A DNA stretch of 64,000 nt, from IMG/VR virus record IMGVR_UViG_3300017754_000635. One strand, given 5' to 3'. The stretch comes from an uncultured virus (IMG/VR IMGVR_UViG_3300017754_000635) (lineage: Duplodnaviria; Heunggongvirae; Uroviricota; Caudoviricetes). Both the position numbers and the translations under genes were made by a program. Positions 1 through 9,943 of this stretch are shown in pieces (position 1 is the stretch's first letter; each line of letters begins with the position of its first letter). The notes below the pieces were generated by a model. It searched no databases, was not told the DNA's origin, and saw only the letters and a program-made list of their open reading frames with translations.

Positions 1-2876
1 CCCGCGAGATGACGCAGATTCGTGAGATTGTTGCCGAAGCCGCTGAGAAACCACAGCGTCCTTCCGCTTCGTCAAACCGGTTTAAAGAGTTTCTAAAAAA
101 CATTATTGCTGCGTTTCGCACGGCTATGTACCGCATGGGCTTCTCGGCAATGATGAAGGCTAACACGACCGATGTGTATAACCTGTTACGCAAGTCCAGT
201 GAATCGTTTGATCGAGGCACTATCGGAGCGTACCGCAACCCACATGGCGATATTGTATTTAGCCGCAAGCTAGTAAACGGTAGCGCCGCTCCAGCGTCTG
301 CTTGGGAGACTGTCGATAAAGTAGTTAAAGGTCCGACTTCCACGGCTGACCGGATACGGTCAGAAGTCACTGGCATTGGCGCAGTAACTGCATTTGTTGA
401 CCGCTTTGCCCCGCTGGAAAAAGTAGCCGAGTACATGAAGAAGTCATCGCAAGCAATGCAGATGATGTACTACGCCCGTATGCACGACCAGCGTATGGCT
501 TGGACTGGCGCTACTGTTAACGGTGGTGCGCCGTCTTTGTCCGTGGATGAGAAAGGCAACCGCGTCATCATCTCGCGTGGCGGCGCTAACCTGCAAGACA
601 TTGCATCCGAGCTGTCCAGAGTCAAGGGCTATGGCAACGCCGAAGCAGTACGCAACTTGTTCACTACTTACCTTGCCGCTTACCGTGCGCTGCGTGTTGG
701 CCCAGAAAAACTAAACTTTACGGGCAACGTAACATCGGCTGAACTGGCTGAGATTCGCAAACTTGGCGACAGTATTCCGCAGTTTGTCGAAGCGCGTAGG
801 CTGTACAACGAATACAACGAAGGCTTGATTGACTGGCTGGTGCAGACCGGCGCTATGGACAAGTACCTTGCGCGTGAGCTGACTCGCAACCAAGACTATG
901 TACCGTACTACCGTGCCATTGGCGACAACGTAGTGCTTGAGATTGCTGGCGTTAAACCTATCAATATCGGCAACATCCAGCAGCAGCCGTACCTGCGTGA
1001 GTTGGTAGGCGGCGACCAGAAGATTCAGGACTTCTTCACATCCGCGCTGCAAAACACCTCGTTGTTGGTGGACATGGGCTTGCGTAACTTAGCTACCAAA
1101 GAGTCTGCGTTTGCGCTACGTGAAGCTGGTTTGCTTGAAAACCTTGCCGGCAAAGACAAAGATCCAAAATACTTCGGTCCATCCAAGCGCCGTCCAGCAG
1201 CCCCGAACGTGATCTCGTGGCGTGACAAGGGCGAAGAGTTTTTTGCCATCGTCAACACAGAACCAATAGGCATTCCCTCGGAGCTAACCGTCAAGGGTAT
1301 GCATGGCACTATCGCAACGGTCGGCGGCTTGACCAAGGTCATGGCTGTGCCCGCGCGGTTCCTACGCGCCATGATTACGCGAAGCCCAGTCTACGCAGCA
1401 CGTCAGGTTTTCCGTGACTCGTTGTCAAACTTCATGCTGGCGGGGGGAAATATGACACCCGTTGCGAGCGCCGCAAGAGAGCTGGGCAAGATGTACGCTG
1501 GCGTGAGCGAAGGCGAGAAGATGCTGCAAGAGAGGGGGATAATTGGTGGGCAACTGCTGGCAGGTACTTCCGAAGATATGCAGAAGTTACTGCTGCAACT
1601 GTCCCGAGGCGGGATGGGTTGGGATTTGACGCTGGCTAAGTTGGATCGGATGCACATGAAGGCCGACGCTGCTGCCCGCATTACGCTGTACAACGACTAC
1701 CGCAAGCAGGGCTTGTCGGATATGGAAGCCACGTTGGCTACGCTTGAGTCTATGAACTTTAGTAAGCGCGGCGTTAGCAGCTCGTTGTATGCGCTGAACA
1801 TGATGGTGCCGTTCTTGAACGCCCAGATTCAAGGCTTGAACGTGCTGTACAAGTCGTTCAAAGGCAAGATGCCGTACAACGATAGGCTGCAAGTTCAGCA
1901 AAAGTTGATTACTCGCGGTTTGATGATGGCCGCAGGTACTATGGCCTACATGGCCTTGATGCAAGATGATGAAGCGTACAAAAACGCCAGCTTGCGCGAC
2001 CGCCTGAACAACTGGTTTATCAAAGTGCCGGGGCTGGACGAGCCAATCAAAGTGCCTATCCCATTTGAAGTGGGTATCATCTTCAAGGCAATACCAGAAG
2101 CGGCGCTGATGGCGACAAGCAAAGACGAGGACGCAACCAAGGTTCTGACGGCTTTGGGCGGAGTGATTGCTAACGCTTCACCGGTGGGCATAAACACAAC
2201 GATGCCCGCGGCTACTAAGCCGATTATTGAAGCTGTCTCCAACTACAACTTCTTTACTGGTACAGACATTGAATCCCAGTATGAGCAGCAGCTTCTGCCG
2301 CAAGAGCGGACGCGTGATAAGACCAGCGGTCTGGCAAAAGGCTTGAGTAGCTTCATCGGCACTGTTACAGCCGCCGCCGGTATGCCGTCCAAGGGAGTTT
2401 CGCCAATCATGATCGACCACTTGATCACCGGGTACTCGGGCGGCGTGGGGCTGGCTATTGCGCAGATGATCGGCACAATGGTTCCCGCTGGAAGCGTAAC
2501 TGCACCTGCTGAGAAGCGCCTGTCTGATATGCCGGTGGTGGGTTCGCTGTTCCAGCCAGTCGATGGTTCCGGCCAAATCAACCAGTTCTACGAGAAAGCC
2601 AAAGAGTACGGCGAGATCAAAAAGTCATTCGACAAGATGCTTGGCGAAGGTAGGGTGGATGAAGCGCAGAAGTTGGCGAAGGACTACGCAACACGCATGG
2701 CGCTCGCAGATATGGCGGAGGACTTCAAGAAAGACATGGGTGAGTTCACCCAGCTTGAACGTACCATCCGCGCATCGGATATGTCGCCACGCGAGAAGAG
2801 GGAACAGCTAGATAGTCTGCGGCAAGCAAAGATTCAGTTTGCCAAGACGTTCAACGCCGCCGCCCGTCAACAGTAA
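1..2876 (+). CDS. C-terminal part of a giant polyvalent/ejection protein with LPD38-like domain (5'-partial)
   Basis: Frame open from the window start. C-terminal motifs IPIPFEVGIIFKAIPE, KPIIEAVSNYNFFTGTDIE and SPIMIDHLITGYSGGVG are typical of LPD38. Confidence 0.75.
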   Translation, partial: REMTQIREIVAEAAEKPQRPSASSNRFKEFLKNIIAAFRTAMYRMGFSAMMKANTTDVYNLLRKSSESFDRGTIGAYRNPHGDIVFSRKLVNGSAAPASAWETVDKVVKGPTSTADRIRSEVTGIGAVTAFVDRFAPLEKVAEYMKKSSQAMQMMYYARMHDQRMAWTGATVNGGAPSLSVDEKGNRVIISRGGANLQDIASELSRVKGYGNAEAVRNLFTTYLAAYRALRVGPEKLNFTGNVTSAELAEIRKLGDSIPQFVEARRLYNEYNEGLIDWLVQTGAMDKYLARELTRNQDYVPYYRAIGDNVVLEIAGVKPINIGNIQQQPYLRELVGGDQKIQDFFTSALQNTSLLVDMGLRNLATKESAFALREAGLLENLAGKDKDPKYFGPSKRRPAAPNVISWRDKGEEFFAIVNTEPIGIPSELTVKGMHGTIATVGGLTKVMAVPARFLRAMITRSPVYAARQVFRDSLSNFMLAGGNMTPVASAARELGKMYAGVSEGEKMLQERGIIGGQLLAGTSEDMQKLLLQLSRGGMGWDLTLAKLDRMHMKADAAARITLYNDYRKQGLSDMEATLATLESMNFSKRGVSSSLYALNMMVPFLNAQIQGLNVLYKSFKGKMPYNDRLQVQQKLITRGLMMAAGTMAYMALMQDDEAYKNASLRDRLNNWFIKVPGLDEPIKVPIPFEVGIIFKAIPEAALMATSKDEDATKVLTALGGVIANASPVGINTTMPAATKPIIEAVSNYNFFTGTDIESQYEQQLLPQERTRDKTSGLAKGLSSFIGTVTAAAGMPSKGVSPIMIDHLITGYSGGVGLAIAQMIGTMVPAGSVTAPAEKRLSDMPVVGSLFQPVDGSGQINQFYEKAKEYGEIKKSFDKMLGEGRVDEAQKLAKDYATRMALADMAEDFKKDMGEFTQLERTIRASDMSPREKREQLDSLRQAKIQFAKTFNAAARQQ

Positions 2877-3051
2877 AAAGAACACCGAGCTTGCCATCAA
2901 CGATGGCCGGCTCGGCTTTACCAACTATCCTGACCCGTATGCCTTCCTTTAGGCCGCGCTCACGGGTCTTTCTTACGTCCAGCGTTGGTACAAAAAAGCC
3001 CCCATAGGGGGGCAAAGATTCCCACGGATATTTAATCTTCAGCTTCTTCAT
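2851..3051 (-). CDS. small hypothetical protein
   Basis: 66-aa ORF overlapping the end of the primase gene; last gene of the minus arm. Confidence 0.6.
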   Translation of the reverse strand: MKKLKIKYPWESLPPYGGFFVPTLDVRKTRERGLKEGIRVRIVGKAEPAIVDGKLGVLFTVDGRRR

Positions 3052-5986
3052 TTGACGGGAAGTCCACTCGGGCAGCAGGTTGACTGATCTTCACGACGTT
3101 GACGCGCATCGGTGGGCCGTTGGTTTTGCGTAGCAGGTCAAACTTTCTCAGGTACTCAACGCGATACAGCGCCTCCATATCCTTCTTGAAGTCGGTAAAG
3201 CTAAACCCTGTCGCTGCGCAGTGGCCTTTGAGCAGTTTCTCCTCGATGTACAAGTCAATATAGCCGGGCGATACATCATGCTCGACCCGCCCTGCCACGC
3301 GGTTACGCAGTGTGGTTTTCTCCACTATCGTATCGTCACCGAATTTCACGCCCATCGGATCAGCCGCAGAGAACACCACGAGGTTGCCGTAGAAGGATGT
3401 AGTGTAATCAGACAGAACATCTTCCGCCGTACGTACGCTTGCCTTCATCTGAGCGCGCTGGTCTGCAATCATCTTGCGAAACGCTTCCACTATGCCTTCG
3501 ATCGGCAGGTCGATAATCCCTGCGTGTTTGGAGCCGCACAGGATAGCGCCGACCACAGTTGCTGTACAACCAGCCAGCCAGAAGCGTTCATCGTCCACGA
3601 TCTTGTACAGTACCTTCAACCGCGCCTCGACCTTGGCGTACAGGGTTTTCACCCTGTCAGGGTTCTGCATGACGAACTGCGCCAGAAGAACGCCGGCCAT
3701 GCCGTAATTGTCCTCGTAGGTCTTGATGAGTTTCAGCTCGTCATCTGCCCAACGCAGCTTAGTGCGTGGGTTGTACTCCAACATACGGCGCAGCTCGCCT
3801 TCGGAAGAGTGCTTGCGCTCACCTGTCATGTAGTCCATGACCACGGTGTTTGATGCCATCAAGCCCAAGCCACGCCAGAACGAGGTATTGATACGCTCCT
3901 TGTTAGCGCCCGACTCCATACGATCTTTACCACCGCCCTCGCTGTAACTAAAGCAGAACGCTGGGAACCACTCGTTCTTGTCACGGTTCTTGGTCGTGAT
4001 CTCATCCGAGATTAGCGGCAGACTATTTAGTAGGCCAGCGCGTTGCAGCATGGCGACATCTGAAGTTGCAGCGCCTACACGATAGCGGTCAGGGTTACCC
4101 CAAATGCTTGCTGCCATGCGCAGGGTGTACGACTTACCTGTGCCTGACTCACGGTGGCCGAGGTGAAAGATCAGACCATCAATACCAGAGAAGTGCATGA
4201 TGATCGAACCAAAGCCTGTGCAAGCCATTGCCAGAAGCGGATGCAGCACCTCCGGTGAGTTCATCTTGGAAGAAGCCAAAAGCAAGAACCGCTTGCGCCA
4301 ACCGTCTAGCGTACCGTTACGTCCTGTTGATTGAAAAAGATTCTCCAGCCCCGGCATCGGCATCTTGTGCATGGAGCCGTCGGGGTTATACACCGTGTTG
4401 TTTTGTACAAACGAACCGTTCTTCTGCCAGCCGTAGCTGGACGGAACACTCATTGCACCCTTTCCTGAACTGTATGTCTCAACGCAACCGCGGACATACG
4501 CTGATAAAAATTGATCGTTACCTGCACCGAACGATGCCAAGATGTTTTGCGCTGCTAATGCTTTCGATAGTTCATCCTTACTAATGATTACTTTCTGGGG
4601 GAACAAAATATCCACTACCCCCTCGGGGCGCATGGCGACCATGTGAACAGTATGATCTCCATCGACAGGCTTTAGTATGTCCATGATAAACAGGTCATAC
4701 GGCAGGATCATTTTCAAATCCGTTGTTTTGCGCCCCTGCTCATCCGTAATCGACTCCTCGCGATATATACCGCCATTCTTTCCATACGCGAAACCACGCG
4801 GCGGAGAGGGTCGAACATACGTAAGCGTTGGTTGTGCGTCCACGCTCCCCTCGTCTTCAAACGCAACCGGAGCATCCGGTGTCGCCACTGTAATAGTTTT
4901 CTCTTCTGTATCAACTTGCACCTCCCGCCCAAGGGCTAGTGGGTTAGTGATCTTGCCAAAGTGTGGGCACTTAGTGCAGATGCCAGGGTTCTCGCTGTCG
5001 AACTTCAAGCAAGGATACGGACCTTTGATCTCCCGTATCTTCTGCGCCATGCGCTCTTTGGTGTACGGATGCTTCTCTGTCAGGAAGTTCGCAGCCTTGT
5101 TCCCATCCTCGCACTTGATAGCAATCGACAACAGGCCACGCCATAGCGGCTCCATGCCATCTTCCTGCGCGTTCTCAAGGTAGTGTATGAGCTGGCCGCA
5201 GCCCTTTCCGTCAGTGGATTTTTTGAGGATGGTACGGAAGCTGGTCGAGGAGTTCTCGAACATCTTCAGCGTGGTTGCGTTCTGCGGCAGGGTAGGCTTC
5301 TTGCCCGGCAGCATTGGCAGTGCTTCGACCGGCGGTATCTCAGTCAAGTTGTTGCGCACGAGTTCAGCAAACGCATCCAACTCAAACATCTCCGGTTCAG
5401 GTTCCTGAATAACCATAACAGGCAGCGTGATGCCATACGCACGAACGCGCTTCCAGTTAGTAGTACCCGGTACCCGCAGAACACGAGCAGCATCAGCCGG
5501 TACGCTCATGTCGATCTTCATGCCTTCCTGCTTGCACAGGCGCTTAAAGTTCTCAGCGATGGGCTTCCACGTTGCGATGTCTACGTTCTTTGTCAGCGGC
5601 CAGTAAATGTGAAAGCCGCCGCCTGAGTCAACTATCAAAGGTTTACCCAGCTTATCCAAGCCGGTCTTCTCCATGAACGCGTTGAACGCGGCCATGCCTT
5701 CTTCTTTGGTGCCGTATGTCTTCGGCCCCACTTCAGCGCAATCCAGATCAAGGAAGAAGGAGCGCATGACTTTGGCGTTCTCCGCAGTACGGTCGCCCGA
5801 GTGCTTAAACGCTGCCATCGCAAAGTACGTATCAAGTTCCGCAGCATTGAATCGCTCGGCATTAGCAGCCAGCTCTTCAAAGGACGCGTTGAATACGTGT
5901 TCCTTCTTGCGTGAATCAAATTCTGCTACGCAGTAAATATCTTCTGCGAACGGAAGGATTGCCGCTAGGAAATCAAGCGGTTTCAT
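3032..5986 (-). CDS. primase-helicase (N-terminal AEP/RepB-like primase, Cys cluster, C-terminal DUF927/Cch-like P-loop helicase)
   Basis: FFLDLD, SGGGFHIYW and ARVLRVPGT primase motifs; CxxC cluster; Walker A ESGTGKS; ISDE Walker B. Start placed at MKPLDF (5986) after a GGGGG RBS. Confidence 0.85.
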   Translation of the reverse strand: MKPLDFLAAILPFAEDIYCVAEFDSRKKEHVFNASFEELAANAERFNAAELDTYFAMAAFKHSGDRTAENAKVMRSFFLDLDCAEVGPKTYGTKEEGMAAFNAFMEKTGLDKLGKPLIVDSGGGFHIYWPLTKNVDIATWKPIAENFKRLCKQEGMKIDMSVPADAARVLRVPGTTNWKRVRAYGITLPVMVIQEPEPEMFELDAFAELVRNNLTEIPPVEALPMLPGKKPTLPQNATTLKMFENSSTSFRTILKKSTDGKGCGQLIHYLENAQEDGMEPLWRGLLSIAIKCEDGNKAANFLTEKHPYTKERMAQKIREIKGPYPCLKFDSENPGICTKCPHFGKITNPLALGREVQVDTEEKTITVATPDAPVAFEDEGSVDAQPTLTYVRPSPPRGFAYGKNGGIYREESITDEQGRKTTDLKMILPYDLFIMDILKPVDGDHTVHMVAMRPEGVVDILFPQKVIISKDELSKALAAQNILASFGAGNDQFLSAYVRGCVETYSSGKGAMSVPSSYGWQKNGSFVQNNTVYNPDGSMHKMPMPGLENLFQSTGRNGTLDGWRKRFLLLASSKMNSPEVLHPLLAMACTGFGSIIMHFSGIDGLIFHLGHRESGTGKSYTLRMAASIWGNPDRYRVGAATSDVAMLQRAGLLNSLPLISDEITTKNRDKNEWFPAFCFSYSEGGGKDRMESGANKERINTSFWRGLGLMASNTVVMDYMTGERKHSSEGELRRMLEYNPRTKLRWADDELKLIKTYEDNYGMAGVLLAQFVMQNPDRVKTLYAKVEARLKVLYKIVDDERFWLAGCTATVVGAILCGSKHAGIIDLPIEGIVEAFRKMIADQRAQMKASVRTAEDVLSDYTTSFYGNLVVFSAADPMGVKFGDDTIVEKTTLRNRVAGRVEHDVSPGYIDLYIEEKLLKGHCAATGFSFTDFKKDMEALYRVEYLRKFDLLRKTNGPPMRVNVVKISQPAARVDFPSNEEAED

Positions 5987-6000
5987 TAACGCCCCCATTG

Positions 6001-6153
6001 TTATTGTGCGTTCGTTGAGGGGTAGACTAATTGTTCGAGACGCTTGAGTATCTCTTCCTGCCACTCGTTGGGCAGCTTACCTTGCATTAACAGCAGGTCG
6101 GCGTGGCGGATAAGTTCTTCGTTGGTCAGGCTGGTAGGTTGAATGCCGCACAT
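6001..6153 (-). CDS. small hypothetical protein (50 aa, not in ORF track)
   Basis: Manual translation MCGIQPTSLTNEELIRHADLLLMQGKLPNEWQEEILKRLEQLVYPSTNAQ; fills the gap between the HTH and primase genes; upstream GGAG. Confidence 0.6.
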   Translation of the reverse strand: MCGIQPTSLTNEELIRHADLLLMQGKLPNEWQEEILKRLEQLVYPSTNAQ

Positions 6154-6404
6154 ATTTTTCTCCGCGCTTCTTCTACGTTAGGGGATACCTGCATTATTTT
6201 TAAAACAGTCGTAACCGCAGATCGGTACGGCAGTAGAACTTCGCCGCCATTGAACCAGTTGTATACCGTCTGACGCGTTGCGCCTGTCGCTTGTGCGATG
6301 AAAGTAACTGGAAGGTCAAAGTGAATAGCGTAGCGACCAAGCTGGTTGCCGAGCGTCTTTGGTGCCTTTAGTACGCTTTCTCGTACGGAATCTGAGTAGG
6401 CCAT
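6126..6404 (-). CDS. Cro/XRE-like HTH DNA-binding protein
   Basis: IAQATGATRQTVYNWFNG helix-turn-helix signature. Confidence 0.75.
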   Translation of the reverse strand: MAYSDSVRESVLKAPKTLGNQLGRYAIHFDLPVTFIAQATGATRQTVYNWFNGGEVLLPYRSAVTTVLKIMQVSPNVEEARRKICAAFNLPA

Positions 6405-6424
6405 TGTGTGTAATTAGTAGTTGA

Positions 6425-6514
6425 GGGTGCGGGGTCACTAAGCCTTGGAGGTACAACCGAAAGGATGTGCCTAGCCCCCGCTGCCGGCGTTATATGCGCC
6501 ACCTCCGGCTGGGC
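6425..6514 (-). ncRNA. candidate structured intergenic RNA with anti-Shine-Dalgarno loop
   Basis: Stems GCGGGG/CCCCGC and GCUAGGC/GCUUAGU (two G-U pairs, minus strand only) enclose ACAUCCUUUCGGUUGUACCUCCAAG; preceded by a GCCGG/CCGGC hairpin. Confidence 0.5.
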
Positions 6515-6526
6515 TGTTCGTTACTG

Positions 6527-7471
6527 TTAGTCGTCTGTTTCGTCCCAAGCATCAACGAGTTTCGACAGATCGCCGCCGCCCTTTGGCACGTTAGCGCCAA
6601 CTGCTGCTTCCTTACGAACTGCTGGCTCTGCTGCGCCTTCGTCTTCCTCGGCCTCCACCTGCGCCTTAGTCTTCTTGGTCTTTGCCGGTGGCTTGCCCGC
6701 AACTTCCGCCTGTGCTGCGGCCTGTTGCGCTGCGGTCTTGACACCATCCGTCTGAGACACCGTCATCGTGATTGCATTGATAGCTTCACGCGTCTGGCCT
6801 TTCTCAGTGGCAATACCGTACTCCTCATCAGACAGCCAGCGCAGCGCCTTGAAGAACAGCTTGGGCACAGCGGCCTTGGTATCGAACTTCATGCGGGTAA
6901 CCACAGCATCAGCACCAGCACCCATCGCAGCCATGTAGCGAGCGTAAGCCTGAAGCGGGCGGTTGTCGCCCTCTTCCTTGCCAAAGATCGACTGCGCAGG
7001 AAGCGTCAGCTGCATGACATCGCCCGACATATCGTTAGCCAAGGTAACTGCAAGACGCTGGCTGTACCGGCAAGCTCGGCTAGTGCCATCGCCCGAACCC
7101 GCGATGTTTTGTGGGCAGGAAGCACAGGTTGTGGACTGTGGCTTCTCAGCTTTCGGGTCAGGGCGCTCACCATCTGGCGACCAACAAGCCGGAGCAGATG
7201 CTTGGCCTTCCTCGTACTTGCCGAGGTAGAAGGTACGCGAGACTTTGGGAGCCGCATTGACAATGACGACATCCAGATGGCGGTCATCAATCGACGCGAC
7301 TTCTTCGCCGTTGGAGATCAGACGGAACACGCCGCCCTTGATGGAGATACGCTTACCGCTGGCACCGCTACCCGCAAGGGCTTTGGCAACAGCAGACAGT
7401 TCACCACGCTTGATGAACGATGGGAGGGACGAGGGGTTAAATTCGACAATATTTGACATGGATTTACTCAC
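6527..7471 (-). CDS. putative single-stranded DNA-binding/annealing protein
   Basis: Position in the replication module, Cys motifs (CWS, CASCPQN, ACR), long Ala/Lys/Glu linker and acidic C-terminal tail WDETDD. Confidence 0.55.
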   Translation of the reverse strand: MSKSMSNIVEFNPSSLPSFIKRGELSAVAKALAGSGASGKRISIKGGVFRLISNGEEVASIDDRHLDVVIVNAAPKVSRTFYLGKYEEGQASAPACWSPDGERPDPKAEKPQSTTCASCPQNIAGSGDGTSRACRYSQRLAVTLANDMSGDVMQLTLPAQSIFGKEEGDNRPLQAYARYMAAMGAGADAVVTRMKFDTKAAVPKLFFKALRWLSDEEYGIATEKGQTREAINAITMTVSQTDGVKTAAQQAAAQAEVAGKPPAKTKKTKAQVEAEEDEGAAEPAVRKEAAVGANVPKGGGDLSKLVDAWDETDD

Positions 7472-7872
7472 TTAGTTGGTTTACGAACACTGATCTGATA
7501 CTCGGTATCAGAGTTAAGCCCCGGCGGTACAAGCTCCGGGTTTTCTTCAAGGAACTGCGCCATGTTGCGTTGAGCAATGCGCCGCTCCAGAAGGTCAACG
7601 GCATCGTGCTGGATAACAAACTCCTTGAACGATGCCCAATCTTGGGTGGTGTAGCGGGTCTTGGTGCCAAGCATTACTGTGCCGAACTCGGTACGCATGG
7701 ACTTGGTACCAAGCGCCATCATCTGGGACTTCATGGCTTGCTCGATCTCATCTTCCTGCTTGTCGAGGTCGGCCAGCTCGGTTTCGTACTGCTGGGTTAA
7801 TTCGGACTTAGCGGCTCGGATTTTGAGGTAGACCCTAGCCAGCTTGTCCATGGGGACAATTTCTGTATTCAT
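7468..7872 (-). CDS. coiled-coil replication-module protein
   Basis: 134 aa, GGAG RBS, coupled to the putative SSB gene. Confidence 0.65.
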   Translation of the reverse strand: MNTEIVPMDKLARVYLKIRAAKSELTQQYETELADLDKQEDEIEQAMKSQMMALGTKSMRTEFGTVMLGTKTRYTTQDWASFKEFVIQHDAVDLLERRIAQRNMAQFLEENPELVPPGLNSDTEYQISVRKPTK

Positions 7873-7923
7873 GTGTTTCTCCGTGGTTGGGTGCTGCTGT
7901 CAAAGATTTTACAACCGGCTTTT

Positions 7924-9483
7924 TTAGGATGCAAGCTCTTCTTCGTATAACTTCACCAGTGCCGAGTGTTCAGTCACTCGTGTTGCTAATTGTTTAAACA
8001 TCCGGCGTTCGATGTCGCTGCCCTGAATGTGGACAACGGTCACCTTGTCGGAGTTCTGCCCCACCCGGTCGGTACGGGCGCAGCATTGCAGGTATATCTC
8101 GACCGACATGACCGGTCCCCAGAACACCACCGTATCGGCGGCTGTGAGGGTTACGCCATGGGCGGCTGACTGCGGTTGGATGACCAGTACACGCGGGGAG
8201 GGCGTGGTCTGGAACTGCTTGAAGATTGCGGTACGCTTGGCCGGGGTTACATCGCCGTGGATTTCCATGCAGTCCACATTGTTCTTTTGTAAAAATGTCT
8301 TGATGGTGTCGATGCTGTGCCGGAAGGCGGCAAAGACGATCACCTTGCGTTCGGTCTCTTCCAAGACCTCCAGCAGGACATTCAAGCGCGGGTTGCAGTC
8401 GAACTCGATGACCTCGGCGTTGTCGGTGTAGGCAGCACCGGCGCTGATCTGAAGCAGCTTGTTCACCCCGGCAGCGGCGTTGACTGCTGTTATGGTCTCC
8501 CCTGCGGCTTGCATCACCATGCGATCCTTCAGCAGCCTGTAATACTTGGCTTGCTGTGCGGTCAACGGTACTTCACGCGTCATGGTCACAACCGGCGGCA
8601 AGTCAAGGCACTGCTCTTTGGTAAACCGAATAGCTGGTTGCAACACCTCATGGACTTCAGCCCCCGCTGATTCCTTTGCCATCCACTTAAAGCGCGTCAC
8701 CTGCGACATGACCTTGTCGCGCCAGCCACTATAGAAACGCGGCACAGCTTCTGGGTTCACGAGCTTGGCTAGACCATACGCATCAAGCGGTGACTGTGCT
8801 GCCGGTGTACCTGTCATCATCCACAGCAACGTGCTTGGCTTCAGAATAGAGTTCAGCGTCTTCCACCGTTGCGTCTGCACGTTCTTATATGCGTTGGCTT
8901 CATCGACAATAACGAGATCGAATGTACCGTCTTTGATGATCTCGTCTGCGGTCAGGTTCAAGCCTTCGTAGTTCATGATGACGAACTCATAGCCGCCGCG
9001 AATCATCTCCAGCCTACGTGCTGCTTGCGTGTGGTGGGCTACGATAGCCGAGCGATGGATGATGCTGTTGTTCAAGTCCTGCAACCACGCTGACGACATG
9101 ATCGACAGCGGGCACAAGATCAAACAGCGCCGCACTTCACCCAGCTTCATCAGGTAGTCAGCAGCCCACAATGCTGAGAGCGTCTTGCCTGTGCCGGGTT
9201 CAGAGAATACAAACGACTTGCGGTTTAGCGTCAAGAATGCTGACGTTTCTATCTGGTGCGCGAACGGCTTGAAGCGCCCCGGCCAATCGTACTTGCCCTC
9301 AATAGGCGAGGGTACTTTTCTCACGCCAAGATTACGTAGCACCCGCGCTTCATCAAGACCCCAATGCACCATCACTTCACTGATGCCGTTAATGCTGTTG
9401 ACTACCTTGTGTTTGGGGATGATGCTGTACTTCTCAGGGCTACGGGTTTTTATGAGCAATGCTTTGTTATCGACGATCTGCAT
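7924..9483 (-). CDS. SNF2-family (SF2) helicase
   Basis: EPGTGKT, VIVDEA, MTGTP, HGVTLTAA and QCCARTDRVGQ motifs. Confidence 0.9.
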   Translation of the reverse strand: MQIVDNKALLIKTRSPEKYSIIPKHKVVNSINGISEVMVHWGLDEARVLRNLGVRKVPSPIEGKYDWPGRFKPFAHQIETSAFLTLNRKSFVFSEPGTGKTLSALWAADYLMKLGEVRRCLILCPLSIMSSAWLQDLNNSIIHRSAIVAHHTQAARRLEMIRGGYEFVIMNYEGLNLTADEIIKDGTFDLVIVDEANAYKNVQTQRWKTLNSILKPSTLLWMMTGTPAAQSPLDAYGLAKLVNPEAVPRFYSGWRDKVMSQVTRFKWMAKESAGAEVHEVLQPAIRFTKEQCLDLPPVVTMTREVPLTAQQAKYYRLLKDRMVMQAAGETITAVNAAAGVNKLLQISAGAAYTDNAEVIEFDCNPRLNVLLEVLEETERKVIVFAAFRHSIDTIKTFLQKNNVDCMEIHGDVTPAKRTAIFKQFQTTPSPRVLVIQPQSAAHGVTLTAADTVVFWGPVMSVEIYLQCCARTDRVGQNSDKVTVVHIQGSDIERRMFKQLATRVTEHSALVKLYEEELAS

Positions 9484-9484
9484 T

Positions 9485-9706
9485 TTATTTTATGTCCGCA
9501 AGTAATTGAAAATAAGGTCTAGCAAAATTGGCGTAAATTAAAAAGTTTTTATGGGTTCGTAGATATTTCCAGTGTATCTGTTGTATCCGCGTGGCGCTTC
9601 TGTTTGTTTTCTCGCCTATGGCTTTGTACGTCATGCCCTGCTCTCGCAAGTAGGCTACGTAGTTCTCCCAACCTACCGCTTTTATTTTTATCTCGTCTTC
9701 AGTCAT
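9485..9706 (-). CDS. small HTH protein (sigma region 4-like)
   Basis: GMTYKAIGEKTNRSATRIQQI; AT-rich relative to neighbours. Confidence 0.55.
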   Translation of the reverse strand: MTEDEIKIKAVGWENYVAYLREQGMTYKAIGEKTNRSATRIQQIHWKYLRTHKNFLIYANFARPYFQLLADIK

Positions 9707-9936
9707 TTGTTATCCCCCTCATTCGCCTTCTTGCCACGCAACCGCAGGTTACCTTTGGTTGATGTACCGCCCTTGCGTAACGGCTTGATGTGGTCGATGT
9801 CTTTGCCTTTGCGGTCAATGCCCATCTTGTCGTACATACGCCGCGCGCGTTGGCGCTCATGCTGGTCACTACCGGGACCGGACTTGCCGGTCTCTAGGTC
9901 ACGCTTGTATTCCTTCTTGTAGTTACGAGTTGCCAT
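9703..9936 (-). CDS. small HNH-type endonuclease
   Basis: DIDHIKPLRKGG...NLR...N motif; start at MATRNY with GAGGA RBS. Confidence 0.7.
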   Translation of the reverse strand: MATRNYKKEYKRDLETGKSGPGSDQHERQRARRMYDKMGIDRKGKDIDHIKPLRKGGTSTKGNLRLRGKKANEGDNK

Positions 9937-9943
9937 GATGTCC

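Noticed and set aside
6425..6514. tRNA gene, or twister/HDV ribozyme
   Set aside because: No D or T-psi-C arms, and the catalytic consensus elements of twister or HDV could not be placed.
6467..7456. Long opposite-strand ORFs (e.g. 6467..7456, 32023..32784, 18329..19069, 62858..63586)
   Set aside because: Shadow ORFs antisense to well-supported genes, with no recognisable motifs.
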